Source of the DNA: a virus
Lineage: Duplodnaviria; Caudoviricetes
Length of the DNA: 64,000 nucleotides
Reading direction: 5' to 3' (one strand)
Virus record (IMG/VR): IMGVR_UViG_3300046786_000304
Location: 128,001-192,000 of that record
The position numbers and the translations under genes are program-made. The first letter of the stretch is position 1, and each line of letters opens with the position of its first letter. The notes beneath the pieces were generated by a model. That model was not told the DNA's origin. It made no database searches and saw only the letters and a list, made by a program, of their open reading frames with translations. Positions 28,902 to 37,709 of the stretch are shown here, in pieces.

Positions 28902-29004
28902 TACGGCTTGGGCCTCTGCGATAACTAACCGGTAAATGGTTATTGTACGCCCAGGTTCTTCTATGCAGAAGAAACGTAGATTATCACAAAGTAGAGAGTA
29001 TCCA

Positions 29005-29271
29005 ATGACACTACCAGACGAAAGATATCGTGCTGTAATGTGGGCAGAACGGTTCCTACAAGAACTTGCTCACGATACTAAAAAGTATCCTAGGATTTCC
29101 AAAGAAGTTAGACGTGAAGCTTATTCTATTGCTAGACATTTCCCCCATAAATGGGATATGGATCGTGTTGCAAAAGAATGCCCAGAAGTCTTTCAAGAAC
29201 GAATGGAACCATTGACAAGGATGCTAGAAGTATATAAAATAGAACAAAAGGAAGAAAACAATGGCAACTAA
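29005..29271 (+). CDS. Hypothetical protein
   Basis: MTLPDERYRAV...PRISKEVR.EAY...RHFP; start revised from 28936. Confidence 0.65.
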   Translation: MTLPDERYRAVMWAERFLQELAHDTKKYPRISKEVRREAYSIARHFPHKWDMDRVAKECPEVFQERMEPLTRMLEVYKIEQKEENNGN

Positions 29272-29473
29272 AAAACAAACAGTAAAGAAAATCAGCGACA
29301 AGATGGCTAAAGTAAATGACTCATTTACTATCAATATGTACGACAATGGCTATATGCTTGAAATTGGCGGACGTGACAGCACCGACGATTGGAAGACAGC
29401 TAAGATTACTGTAGGTTCTATTGAAGAACTAGCAGAGCTTATTAAAGAAGCCAGTGAAATGGAGCGTGAATAA
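29261..29473 (+). CDS. Hypothetical protein
   Basis: Coupled ORF with SD. Confidence 0.65.
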   Translation: MATKKQTVKKISDKMAKVNDSFTINMYDNGYMLEIGGRDSTDDWKTAKITVGSIEELAELIKEASEMERE

Positions 29474-30543
29474 TGACTAAACCATTCGACGTTTCCAAAT
29501 TTAGAAAAAGTATTACTAAGAGCATTGACGGCCTTAGTATTGGTTTCAATGATCCAACTGATTGGATTAGCACAGGTAACTATACACTAAACTATTTGAT
29601 CAGCGGCGACTTTTTCAAAGGTGTGCCAATGGGTAAAGTTACTGTGTTTGCCGGCGAGTCCGGTGCAGGTAAATCATATATCTGTTCAGGTAACTTAATT
29701 CGCCACGCACAAGAACAAGGTATCTATGTTGTACTTGTTGACAGTGAGAACGCATTAGATGAAGCATGGCTTCATGCACTTGGCGTAGACACAGGCGAAG
29801 ATAAACTACTCAAACTTAACATGGCTATGATTGATGACGTAGCAAAGACTATTACAGAATTTGTTTCTGAATACAGAGCAATGGCAGAAGACCAGCGTCC
29901 AAAAGTCTTGTTTGTTGTAGACTCATTAGGTATGTTGCTAACACCAACAGACGTTAATCAGTTCGAAGCAGGTGACTTGAAAGGCGACATGGGTCGTAAG
30001 CCTAAGGCATTGACAGCATTAGTTCGTAACTGTGTTAATATGTTTGGTAATCTAAACATTGGTATGGTTTGTACTAACCACACATACGCAAGTCAGGATA
30101 TGTTTGATCCAGATGACAAGATTAGTGGTGGCCAGGGCTTTATCTATGCCAGCTCTATTGTTGTTGCTATGCGTAAGTTGAAGTTGAAACTAGACGAAGA
30201 TGGTAATAAGACTACCACAGTCAACGGTATCCGTGCTAGTTGTAAGATTATGAAAACTCGTTATGCTAAACCTTTTGAATCAGTTCACGTACAGATTCCA
30301 TACTCAACAGGTATGAGTCCCTATAGTGGATTGTTTGACTTGTTAGAAGAACGTGGTAGCTTAAAGCGTGAAGGTAACAGTTATCTTTATACAACTAAAG
30401 ATGGCGAAGTCTTTAAGGCAATGCGTAAAGGCTGGACCAACGAATTATTGGACAAAGTAATGGCAGACATTATGCTTCGTGATTTGACTGCCGGAGTAAA
30501 TACAGCAGATACAACGATCACGGAGGAAGAAGATGTTGCATGA
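29473..30543 (+). CDS. uvsX: RecA/UvsX recombinase
   Basis: WISTGNYTLN, AGESGAGKS, LVDSE, VVDSLG, GGQGFIYASSIVV, KTRY. Confidence 0.95.
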   Translation: MTKPFDVSKFRKSITKSIDGLSIGFNDPTDWISTGNYTLNYLISGDFFKGVPMGKVTVFAGESGAGKSYICSGNLIRHAQEQGIYVVLVDSENALDEAWLHALGVDTGEDKLLKLNMAMIDDVAKTITEFVSEYRAMAEDQRPKVLFVVDSLGMLLTPTDVNQFEAGDLKGDMGRKPKALTALVRNCVNMFGNLNIGMVCTNHTYASQDMFDPDDKISGGQGFIYASSIVVAMRKLKLKLDEDGNKTTTVNGIRASCKIMKTRYAKPFESVHVQIPYSTGMSPYSGLFDLLEERGSLKREGNSYLYTTKDGEVFKAMRKGWTNELLDKVMADIMLRDLTAGVNTADTTITEEEDVA

Positions 30544-30802
30544 TGAAGAAGTTAATTTGATTGTTGACACTTGGACAAGTGTTAAAACTTATATTGACAA
30601 GAAAGAGCGTTATGATGCCGCTAGTGCATTCTTGCGTAGTTTAGAAAATCACTACGATATGGATAGTGTGGCAGAAGAACTTCTTGGTAACGACAGCACA
30701 TTGGATACAGTAATTAAAGATTTGTACACCGACAACGACATCATTGATGAAGATGACGACTACGAAGAAGATAATTACGACTCAGACTACGACGACGAAT
30801 GA
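30533..30802 (+). CDS. Small acidic hypothetical protein
   Basis: D/E-rich C-terminus; lies between uvsX and uvsY. Confidence 0.65.
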   Translation: MLHDEEVNLIVDTWTSVKTYIDKKERYDAASAFLRSLENHYDMDSVAEELLGNDSTLDTVIKDLYTDNDIIDEDDDYEEDNYDSDYDDE

Positions 30803-31260
30803 GTAATTGGTATAGACAAGTATCGGGCGACATCACAACGTTGCCTGATGCTATTTCATATTTCGAATCCGAATTACAAGGTGCTAGGATAGAAACTAGC
30901 CTCAAAGGTAATTTGGAAATGAATAGCAGACTTATGCCCGGCATTGTCGAGCATAGGTTTAACCAATTACAAGAGATAGAAGCAATTTTAGAATATCTTA
31001 GCATCCAACTAAGAAAGAAACGAAGCGAAAGCTTTCGCAAGTTTACAGAAAATTACAATAGAGCATTGACGAGTCGTGACGCAGAACGATATGTCGACGG
31101 CGATGCAGAAGTTTATAATTGGCAATTACTTATAAATGAATTCGCCATGGTGCGTAACAAATATTTGGGATTAATGAAAGCCATTGATAGCAAACAATTT
31201 CAAATTAATAATATCACTAAACTTAGAGTCGCTGGCATGGAAGATACTACATTAGGATAA
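30799..31260 (+). CDS. uvsY: Recombination mediator (UvsY-like)
   Basis: F.ENYNRALTSRDAERYVDGD, K.IDSKQFQINNI.KLR.AG. Confidence 0.8.
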   Translation: MSNWYRQVSGDITTLPDAISYFESELQGARIETSLKGNLEMNSRLMPGIVEHRFNQLQEIEAILEYLSIQLRKKRSESFRKFTENYNRALTSRDAERYVDGDAEVYNWQLLINEFAMVRNKYLGLMKAIDSKQFQINNITKLRVAGMEDTTLG

Positions 31261-31263
31261 TAT

Positions 31264-31569
31264 ATGAAAGAAACATTATTGCAAATGGCGGACATAGTAC
31301 ATCTAAGCCCAGCCAGACAAGCACAAATTTATTTTACAGTACAATTAAATGTACCGGAAAAATCTCTAAGACTTACTACTTCGTCTAGCATGTTTTTAGA
31401 AAGTCGAAGTGGAGTCCAGCCAACGCACATCGTCCTTGCTGAAGCAACATTTCACGCAGGTATGGCAGTTAGTTGTCTTGAAGAATGGTTAAAAGATCAG
31501 GACATCAAATATTCCATGGATGAAAAATTCGAAGAAGGCCATCTAATCGCAAAGGTAACATTACTATGA
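31264..31569 (+). CDS. Hypothetical protein
   Basis: ORF with SD. Confidence 0.55.
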   Translation: MKETLLQMADIVHLSPARQAQIYFTVQLNVPEKSLRLTTSSSMFLESRSGVQPTHIVLAEATFHAGMAVSCLEEWLKDQDIKYSMDEKFEEGHLIAKVTLL

Positions 31570-32135
31570 CTACGTTAAAACACCACGAACAATTCAGTCA
31601 CACTACACGTTCATTTGATCAGATGACACCTGTCGACGACGACCTTAAAGCTAAAATCAATGAAATAATTGAAGCCAACAAAGATGAATTTAGAATAATC
31701 AAATTGATAGAAGACAAAGATACAATCGAAAGAATCTTCCAAGTTAGCGACGTGCCAAATCAAGCTGATCAAGGTGTAGCATATAAAAGACGTAAAAATA
31801 GTCAATTACTTGCACCATTGCTGATCATGTTATCCACGCATACAGATGAACAATACGGTGGATATATTGTTGGCAAAACATATGGTCAAATCGGTATGGC
31901 CGCGGTCAAAGCTGGATACCATACATCATTCTGTATTTGTTATGAAAGAGAAGACGCAGAGAAAATTATCTTTGAAGGCGACGAAGCTAACTCGCATCCT
32001 TTGTCGGCAAACTCTGTGTTCATGGGCATAGGTAAAATTGCGCCAGGAACAACTCCGCAAGATGATATACGACAAAATCACGTTATTCGTAGCGTTACCA
32101 AAGCACATAAAGATTATATCACAGTAATTGAATAA
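31566..32135 (+). CDS. Nitroreductase-fold-like protein
   Basis: HTTRSFDQ..PVDD (RxSxRxF-like), G...GQIGMAAVKAGYHTSF, FMGIGK. Confidence 0.5.
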   Translation: MTTLKHHEQFSHTTRSFDQMTPVDDDLKAKINEIIEANKDEFRIIKLIEDKDTIERIFQVSDVPNQADQGVAYKRRKNSQLLAPLLIMLSTHTDEQYGGYIVGKTYGQIGMAAVKAGYHTSFCICYEREDAEKIIFEGDEANSHPLSANSVFMGIGKIAPGTTPQDDIRQNHVIRSVTKAHKDYITVIE

Positions 32136-32164
32136 TTGACACAAATTGGACTCTTTGCTATAAT
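32136..32164 (+). promoter_or_regulatory. Early sigma70 promoter (cassette 1)
   Basis: TTGACA-caaattggactctttgc-TATAAT. Confidence 0.9.
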
Positions 32165-32196
32165 AGATACATAGCGTAACAAAACAGGAGTCCATA

Positions 32197-32418
32197 ATGG
32201 AACTAGCAATCGGAACTAAAATTGTTTATACAAGTGGCGCAGGTACCCGTGAAGCTACCGTGGTTAATATCAAAATTAAACCCACAGCAAAGCCTGGATT
32301 TCTTAATACTTTTGTAACACTTTTAGTACCAGCCCAAAATGGGGATAAATTTGATACCCATGCTACAATTTGCGCTGACAATGCCAGCCTCAAAATGTTC
32401 AAGGTCGCTGTCATTTAA
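32197..32418 (+). CDS. Small early hypothetical protein
   Basis: Own promoter and aacaaaacaggag RBS. Confidence 0.75.
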   Translation: MELAIGTKIVYTSGAGTREATVVNIKIKPTAKPGFLNTFVTLLVPAQNGDKFDTHATICADNASLKMFKVAVI

Positions 32419-32447
32419 TTGACACAAATTGGGCTCGGTGCTATAAT
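32419..32447 (+). promoter_or_regulatory. Early sigma70 promoter (cassette 2)
   Basis: TTGACA-caaattgggctcggtgc-TATAAT. Confidence 0.9.
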
Positions 32448-32477
32448 ATATACATATTAACAAAACAGGAATTAGAA

Positions 32478-32678
32478 ATGACTGAACGTTACCAAACTAT
32501 TTGCTATGCTAAGAACATTCCAATTAGTCAATTGGAATCTGTTCGTCAAGAATTCAAATTTCTTGCTGGTCTTACCGGCCGTAAATTACGAGTCCGATTT
32601 CGTGGCCCTCGCTATGATGGTATGCGTCTTTATACTTTAAAGCGTCATGCCCATAGTTTTAGCGTATATTTCGTTTAA
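32478..32678 (+). CDS. Small basic early hypothetical protein
   Basis: Own promoter and RBS; RVRFRGPR motif. Confidence 0.75.
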   Translation: MTERYQTICYAKNIPISQLESVRQEFKFLAGLTGRKLRVRFRGPRYDGMRLYTLKRHAHSFSVYFV

Positions 32679-32707
32679 TTGACATAAATTGGCATTCGTG
32701 CTATAAT
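32679..32707 (+). promoter_or_regulatory. Early sigma70 promoter (cassette 3)
   Basis: TTGACA-taaattggcattcgtgc-TATAAT. Confidence 0.9.
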
Positions 32708-32738
32708 ACATTTTAAGTTAACAAAACAGGAGTTTTAG

Positions 32739-33815
32739 ATGGCTAATGTAACTATTTTTGCTGGCGAGTATCGTGGCACAGAAGTTAAAAATGAAACTTT
32801 CCGTTTGGTATCTGACGTTAAGACAGGCGCCAAAGGTATGTTTGTAACAGTTCTAGATAACGGCACCCTGGGCTATAAAGGCAAGAGTGTTCGTGTTAAA
32901 ATTAAAAGCATGGAGGATATCACAGTGAGCGGTCAAAGTATTGCAGATATGTCAGATAGTCAGCGTAAAAAAGCAAACAACGATAACAATGTGTTTTCAT
33001 TGATGGTTACCAAAGAGCCAGAAGTGTACACAGAAAGCGAAGAAGCCGCCATTGAGCGTATTCGTGAACGCTTCGACATCCTAGACCAAATGGCAGAAGG
33101 TACTACCTCGGGTGCTGTTCGTGCTATGATTGTCAGTGGCCCTCCAGGCGTAGGTAAGAGCTTTGGTGTTGAGAAGGTGCTTGAGCAGGCTAGTTTGTTT
33201 GACAAGATGGCCCAGCGTAAGAATCGTTTTGAAGTTGTTAAAGGTGCGATGAGCGCATTGGGTCTGTATGCTAAACTGTATCAATTTGCCGACGCAGGTA
33301 ACGTGCTAGTGTTTGACGACTGTGACAGCATCTTGCTTGACGACTTGTCGTTGAACATTCTTAAAGCCGCGTTGGACAGTTCTAAGAAGCGTACAATTTC
33401 TTGGAATACGGACAGCAGTATGTTGCGTCGTGAAGGTGTGCCAGATCGTTTCGAATTCAAAGGTAGTGTGATTTTTATCACTAACATTAAGTTTGAGCAC
33501 GTTCGCAGTAAGAAATTGAAAGACCACTTGGATGCGTTGGAAAGCCGTTGCCATTATTTGGACTTGACAATGGATACCCAACGTGACAAGTTCTTGCGTA
33601 TTAAGCAGATTGTACGTGACGGTATGCTCGACAGCTATGACTTCGAAGATGGCGCCAGCGATGAGATTGTTAACTATGTCTGGGAACAGCGTAACCGTTT
33701 GCGTGAACTGAGTTTGCGTACAGTTTTGAAAATCGCAGACTTGCGTAAAATGAGCGCACAAAATTGGAAGCGTCTCGCAGAGACAACAATTTTGAAACGT
33801 GCGGAAGTGTGCTAA
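32739..33815 (+). CDS. AAA+ ATPase with N-terminal beta-rich domain
   Basis: Walker A GPPGVGKS, Walker B LVFDDCD, IFITN, ALESR. Confidence 0.85.
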   Translation: MANVTIFAGEYRGTEVKNETFRLVSDVKTGAKGMFVTVLDNGTLGYKGKSVRVKIKSMEDITVSGQSIADMSDSQRKKANNDNNVFSLMVTKEPEVYTESEEAAIERIRERFDILDQMAEGTTSGAVRAMIVSGPPGVGKSFGVEKVLEQASLFDKMAQRKNRFEVVKGAMSALGLYAKLYQFADAGNVLVFDDCDSILLDDLSLNILKAALDSSKKRTISWNTDSSMLRREGVPDRFEFKGSVIFITNIKFEHVRSKKLKDHLDALESRCHYLDLTMDTQRDKFLRIKQIVRDGMLDSYDFEDGASDEIVNYVWEQRNRLRELSLRTVLKIADLRKMSAQNWKRLAETTILKRAEVC

Positions 33816-33820
33816 ACTAA

Positions 33821-33856
33821 ACAAAGCCCAATTAATTGACACTAATTGGGCTTTGT
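33821..33856 (+). terminator. Hairpin or terminator enclosing a -35 box
   Basis: acaaagcccaatta-attgacac-taattgggctttgt (14-bp stem). Confidence 0.65.
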
Positions 33857-33864
33857 GTTATAAT
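33836..33864 (+). promoter_or_regulatory. Early sigma70 promoter (cassette 4)
   Basis: TTGACA-ctaattgggctttgtgt-TATAAT. Confidence 0.85.
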
Positions 33865-33893
33865 AAGTACTTAAACAGTAAAAAGGAATTTAA

Positions 33894-36011
33894 ATGAAAT
33901 TCAAACCCACTCTTATAGCAGTAGCAGTTCTAGCATTAGCAGGAAGCGTACAAGCTCAAGTAGCCGACAGAGAAGATGTTGCTAAATCAACTAACCTCAC
34001 AACAATCGGTGTAAGTGGTCGCGCATATGGTCAGACAACAGGTGTTGGTGCTTGGAAGAATGGCTACACTGGTAAAGGTTCTATCATTGCGGTTATTGAT
34101 CAAGGCTTTGACATCAATCATGCTGACCTCAAAGGCAATGTATTAGAATCCAAGAATTTTTATCCTGGTCAAATTATTAGTTGGGGTTTACATGGAACTC
34201 AAATGGCTAGTATTGCCGCTGGTATTTCCAATGGCATGGGTACAGTAGGTGTTGCGCCAGATGCCAAGTTACTATTGGCACAGGTAGGCAGTGGCGGTAC
34301 TACAACAGGTGTTAACATGGCCGCAGTATTACAAGCAATGACATGGGCAGACGCAAAAGGTGCCAATGTAATTAATTTAAGTTTGGGTTCTACATACGAC
34401 ACAAATTTTAAAGCAGGCACCGCACTACTCAATCCAAATGTTCCTGGAATTTATAAAGCCAATCCCATATATACAAATACTAAGACTGGCGCACTGGCTA
34501 GCATTTATGGAAATAAGATTTCTGATATCACTGCCTTTGCTACAGCAACAAAGTCGGCTGTGATTGTGGCAAGTGCGGGTAATAGTGGTACAGGTTACGC
34601 ACAATTTCCAGGTGCCTTTGCTACACAGACAGATGCCAATGGTAATTTGTTGTTAGGTGGTCGTGTGCTAATTGTTGGCAATGTTAAAGGTGACGGCAAA
34701 GGTGGATGGATCATGGATCCTAGTAGCAATCAAGCTGGTAGCATCTGTTCTAACATTGTAGGCAATACATGTCAAGACAAATACTATGTCAAAGACTTTT
34801 ATGTTGTGGCACCTGGTAGCGCAATTTGGAGCGCAGTTCCAGATGCGGCTCGTAGTGCATCAGGCATTGCCCAAGGTGTTACCAATGGCGCAGGCGGTGT
34901 AAGTGGCACAAGTCCAGCGGCCGCAGAAGTCAGTGGTGGTATCGCATTGATGCACCAAGCATGGCCACAGCTCAAAGCAAGTCAGTTAGTTCAAGTTGTT
35001 TTGAATACTGCTACATCTTTAGGCGACAGTGCCGTATATGGCAAAGGTATGGTGAACTTTGATAAGGCTACTCAACCTTACGCTAATATTAAATATTCTA
35101 CAGCGGCATTGACTTCTGGTTCACCAGTTAATGGTACAGCATTGACAACAACAGGTGCTACATTGAGTTCAAGTGCGTTGAAAACAAGTAGTGTGCTGTC
35201 TAATGTACAAGTTGTTGATGGTATCAATCGTAACTTTACATCAGACTTTACAAAGGCACTAGGCGTTAGCAATCCCGCTAACAGTTTGTTTACAAGTCCT
35301 TACTTGGCAATGAACGCAGTCGGCTATCGCGAATTCGCAGTACCTTATAACAAAGACACAACATTGACATTTATGCAAAGTCAAAATGGTTTTGCTAGTC
35401 AAGTTGATACAGCATATGGCGAAGGTCGTGTACAAGTACAGTTTGGTACAATGTCAGAACAAAGCGGCTTCCTAAACAACTATGGCTCAGGCTTGTTGGG
35501 TATGGGCAATAGCAGTACTTCATACGCAATGGTCGGTGGTTCTACTCCACTTGTTGGAAGTGTGGATTTGATTGGTAGTTATGGTCTTGGCATTACAAAA
35601 ACAGGTAACGCACAAGGCAGTATGTTGGCACTGAGCCCAACTGTTATCAGTGACACTTGGAAAGTTGGATTGGCTAAGAAAGATATTTTCTTTAGCGGCA
35701 AGACCAAAGACCAAGTTACCTTCGCAGTACAAGGTCCAGTAGGTGTACGTAAAGGTTATGCCGATGTAACAGCAGTTACAGGCTATACTTACAGTGGCAC
35801 AGATGATGACGTAACAGCCAATCCAGTTACTAGCACTGAACGAGTTAACTTGGCATCAGGTAAGCGTCAAACAGATTTGGTATTGGGTTATAATGTTAGC
35901 GTAGGTAACACAACTTACGCAGGCGTTAACATTGCTAAACAGTTTAACGTTGGTGGTGTGTCAGGTCAAACTGGTACAGCAGTTGGCGTTATGGTACGTA
36001 GTGTGTTTTAA
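33894..36011 (+). CDS. Secreted subtilisin-like (S8) serine protease with beta-rich C-terminal domain
   Basis: Signal peptide; IAVIDQG (Asp), HGTQMASIAAG (His), SAGNSG (oxyanion Asn), SGTSPAA (Ser); C-terminal amphipathic strands ending in F. Confidence 0.88.
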   Translation: MKFKPTLIAVAVLALAGSVQAQVADREDVAKSTNLTTIGVSGRAYGQTTGVGAWKNGYTGKGSIIAVIDQGFDINHADLKGNVLESKNFYPGQIISWGLHGTQMASIAAGISNGMGTVGVAPDAKLLLAQVGSGGTTTGVNMAAVLQAMTWADAKGANVINLSLGSTYDTNFKAGTALLNPNVPGIYKANPIYTNTKTGALASIYGNKISDITAFATATKSAVIVASAGNSGTGYAQFPGAFATQTDANGNLLLGGRVLIVGNVKGDGKGGWIMDPSSNQAGSICSNIVGNTCQDKYYVKDFYVVAPGSAIWSAVPDAARSASGIAQGVTNGAGGVSGTSPAAAEVSGGIALMHQAWPQLKASQLVQVVLNTATSLGDSAVYGKGMVNFDKATQPYANIKYSTAALTSGSPVNGTALTTTGATLSSSALKTSSVLSNVQVVDGINRNFTSDFTKALGVSNPANSLFTSPYLAMNAVGYREFAVPYNKDTTLTFMQSQNGFASQVDTAYGEGRVQVQFGTMSEQSGFLNNYGSGLLGMGNSSTSYAMVGGSTPLVGSVDLIGSYGLGITKTGNAQGSMLALSPTVISDTWKVGLAKKDIFFSGKTKDQVTFAVQGPVGVRKGYADVTAVTGYTYSGTDDDVTANPVTSTERVNLASGKRQTDLVLGYNVSVGNTTYAGVNIAKQFNVGGVSGQTGTAVGVMVRSVF

Positions 36012-36040
36012 TAGACATACTACAATTTTTAATGTATAAT
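36012..36040 (+). promoter_or_regulatory. Sigma70 promoter
   Basis: TAGACA-17-TATAAT. Confidence 0.7.
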
Positions 36041-36063
36041 GCTTTATTGCTAACAGGAACTAT

Positions 36064-36708
36064 ATGCCAACTCTTCAACAAGTTGTAGAATACAATCAAA
36101 AAAATGTTAACTGGAATAAATTTTTCTCAGTAGTAGACACACTTGGAAAAACAATGAACAGTCAAAAAGATCGTTTTGATAAAAGTGATATTATTGAAAT
36201 GGCATTAGATGCTTATAGCGACGGCAATATTAAATATACAAATGAAGATGGTGTAGATCACGAACTTGTAAATTTGTCTAATAAAAAAGGAAATCCTACT
36301 ACTCAGGAAATGAAATTTGTAGGAACTTTATTTTACAAAGAGTTCGTTTTATTAAGGGCTAATAAAAAAAGAGGAATCGCCAGCGTCAAAGAACTTCGTC
36401 CTAGTAATCAACCAATCTCGTTACGATTAGTTAATTCGATGGGCTCAAATACTCACAAGACCTTACCAGCGTCCTACGCAGAGTTTCTTCTAGTAGCTGA
36501 TAATCATAGTATTCATATTATCGAAGTTTCAGAACTTGTTCCTTATTTGAAATTCGGAGGCGATGGCATCGAGGCACACAAAGTTCCTTATAATCTTTTT
36601 CATAAAGTTATAGGACCCGACGAGATTAAAAATCGCCAACCACTCGAAGGTTTTAATTACAAAGAAGAAAAAACAAAATTTCAAAGAAATTTTTTAAATA
36701 AGTTCTAA
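36064..36708 (+). CDS. Putative PD-(D/E)xK (restriction-endonuclease-like) protein
   Basis: E..GVD...QEMK pattern; directly upstream of a methyltransferase. Confidence 0.4.
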   Translation: MPTLQQVVEYNQKNVNWNKFFSVVDTLGKTMNSQKDRFDKSDIIEMALDAYSDGNIKYTNEDGVDHELVNLSNKKGNPTTQEMKFVGTLFYKEFVLLRANKKRGIASVKELRPSNQPISLRLVNSMGSNTHKTLPASYAEFLLVADNHSIHIIEVSELVPYLKFGGDGIEAHKVPYNLFHKVIGPDEIKNRQPLEGFNYKEEKTKFQRNFLNKF

Positions 36709-36719
36709 TAAATAATCAC

Positions 36720-37571
36720 ATGACAACATATAAAGTATACAACCAATCATGTATAGAAGGCATGAAAGAGCATGTGGCAGATAATTCTGTAGATCTAATT
36801 TTTACAGATCCGCCATATGGTATCAAGGGAGATGAACTAGACGTTCATTATCACCGCGACGAATCCAAGGTAGTTCCAGGATATGTTGACGTACCGTTAG
36901 ATGAGTACGCCCAATTTAGTTTAGACTGGATTAAAGAATGCGAACGTGTTCTTCGTCCAGGCGGAAGTATCTATATTGTTAGCGGTTATACCAATTTACA
37001 TCATATTCTCAACGCATTACATTCTACTAAACTAGAAGAAATTAATCATATCATTGCCAAATATAGTTTTGGTGTTAGCACAAAAAATAAATTTGTATCA
37101 AGCCATTATCATGTTTTGTTTTGGCAAAAGCCAGACAAAAATAAACAGAAACGTACTTTCAATTCTAATTGGAAATTTACAGATCAAAAAGATAGCTATC
37201 ATGATCGTCTAACAGTACAAGACATGCCCAGGGATTATAAACCAGGAGAAGTCAAAAACAAAAATCAACTCAGCGAAGATTTCATAATGAAATTTATTAT
37301 GTATTCTAGTAACAGAGGTGATACTGTTTTAGATTGTTTTGGCGGCGGCCTTACTACAGGCAGAACAGCATTACGTTGGGGAAGAAATTTTATTGGGTTT
37401 GAATTGAATAATAATGCTTACAATGCATTTGTTCCAACTTTAGGAAGTGTGGAAGAATTAGAAGATCCAGATCCGATTAGTCCGGACTCAGAAGAACTTG
37501 CTAAACGTGAAAAGATGAGAGCAGGTTGGAAAAAAACAAGAGCAGAAAGAAAAAAAGGTAAAACAGAATAA
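36720..37571 (+). CDS. DNA N4-C/N6-A methyltransferase, beta class
   Basis: Motif IV DLIFTDPPYG N-terminal; motif I VLDCFGGG C-terminal; IGFE. Confidence 0.9.
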   Translation: MTTYKVYNQSCIEGMKEHVADNSVDLIFTDPPYGIKGDELDVHYHRDESKVVPGYVDVPLDEYAQFSLDWIKECERVLRPGGSIYIVSGYTNLHHILNALHSTKLEEINHIIAKYSFGVSTKNKFVSSHYHVLFWQKPDKNKQKRTFNSNWKFTDQKDSYHDRLTVQDMPRDYKPGEVKNKNQLSEDFIMKFIMYSSNRGDTVLDCFGGGLTTGRTALRWGRNFIGFELNNNAYNAFVPTLGSVEELEDPDPISPDSEELAKREKMRAGWKKTRAERKKGKTE

Positions 37572-37685
37572 AAAAGTATCTGTTTTATTAAGAATATTAT
37601 GCTAAATAATATTGTATAAAGTAAATTTACTTAATACACACATTGAATAAAGTTATTCAATGCTCCAGCGATACAGGTTATCGCT
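37559..37685. repeat. Array of five consecutive inverted repeats
   Basis: taaaacaga/tctgtttta; aatattat/ataatatt; aagtaaatttactt; cattgaataa/ttattcaatg; agcgata/tatcgct. Confidence 0.75.
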
Positions 37686-37709
37686 TCTAGTTATATTTAA
37701 GGAGAAAAA

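Noticed and set aside
33306-33842. 178-aa antisense ORF inside the AAA+ ATPase
   Set aside because: Explained by strong sense-strand codon bias; no translation signals or recognisable motif
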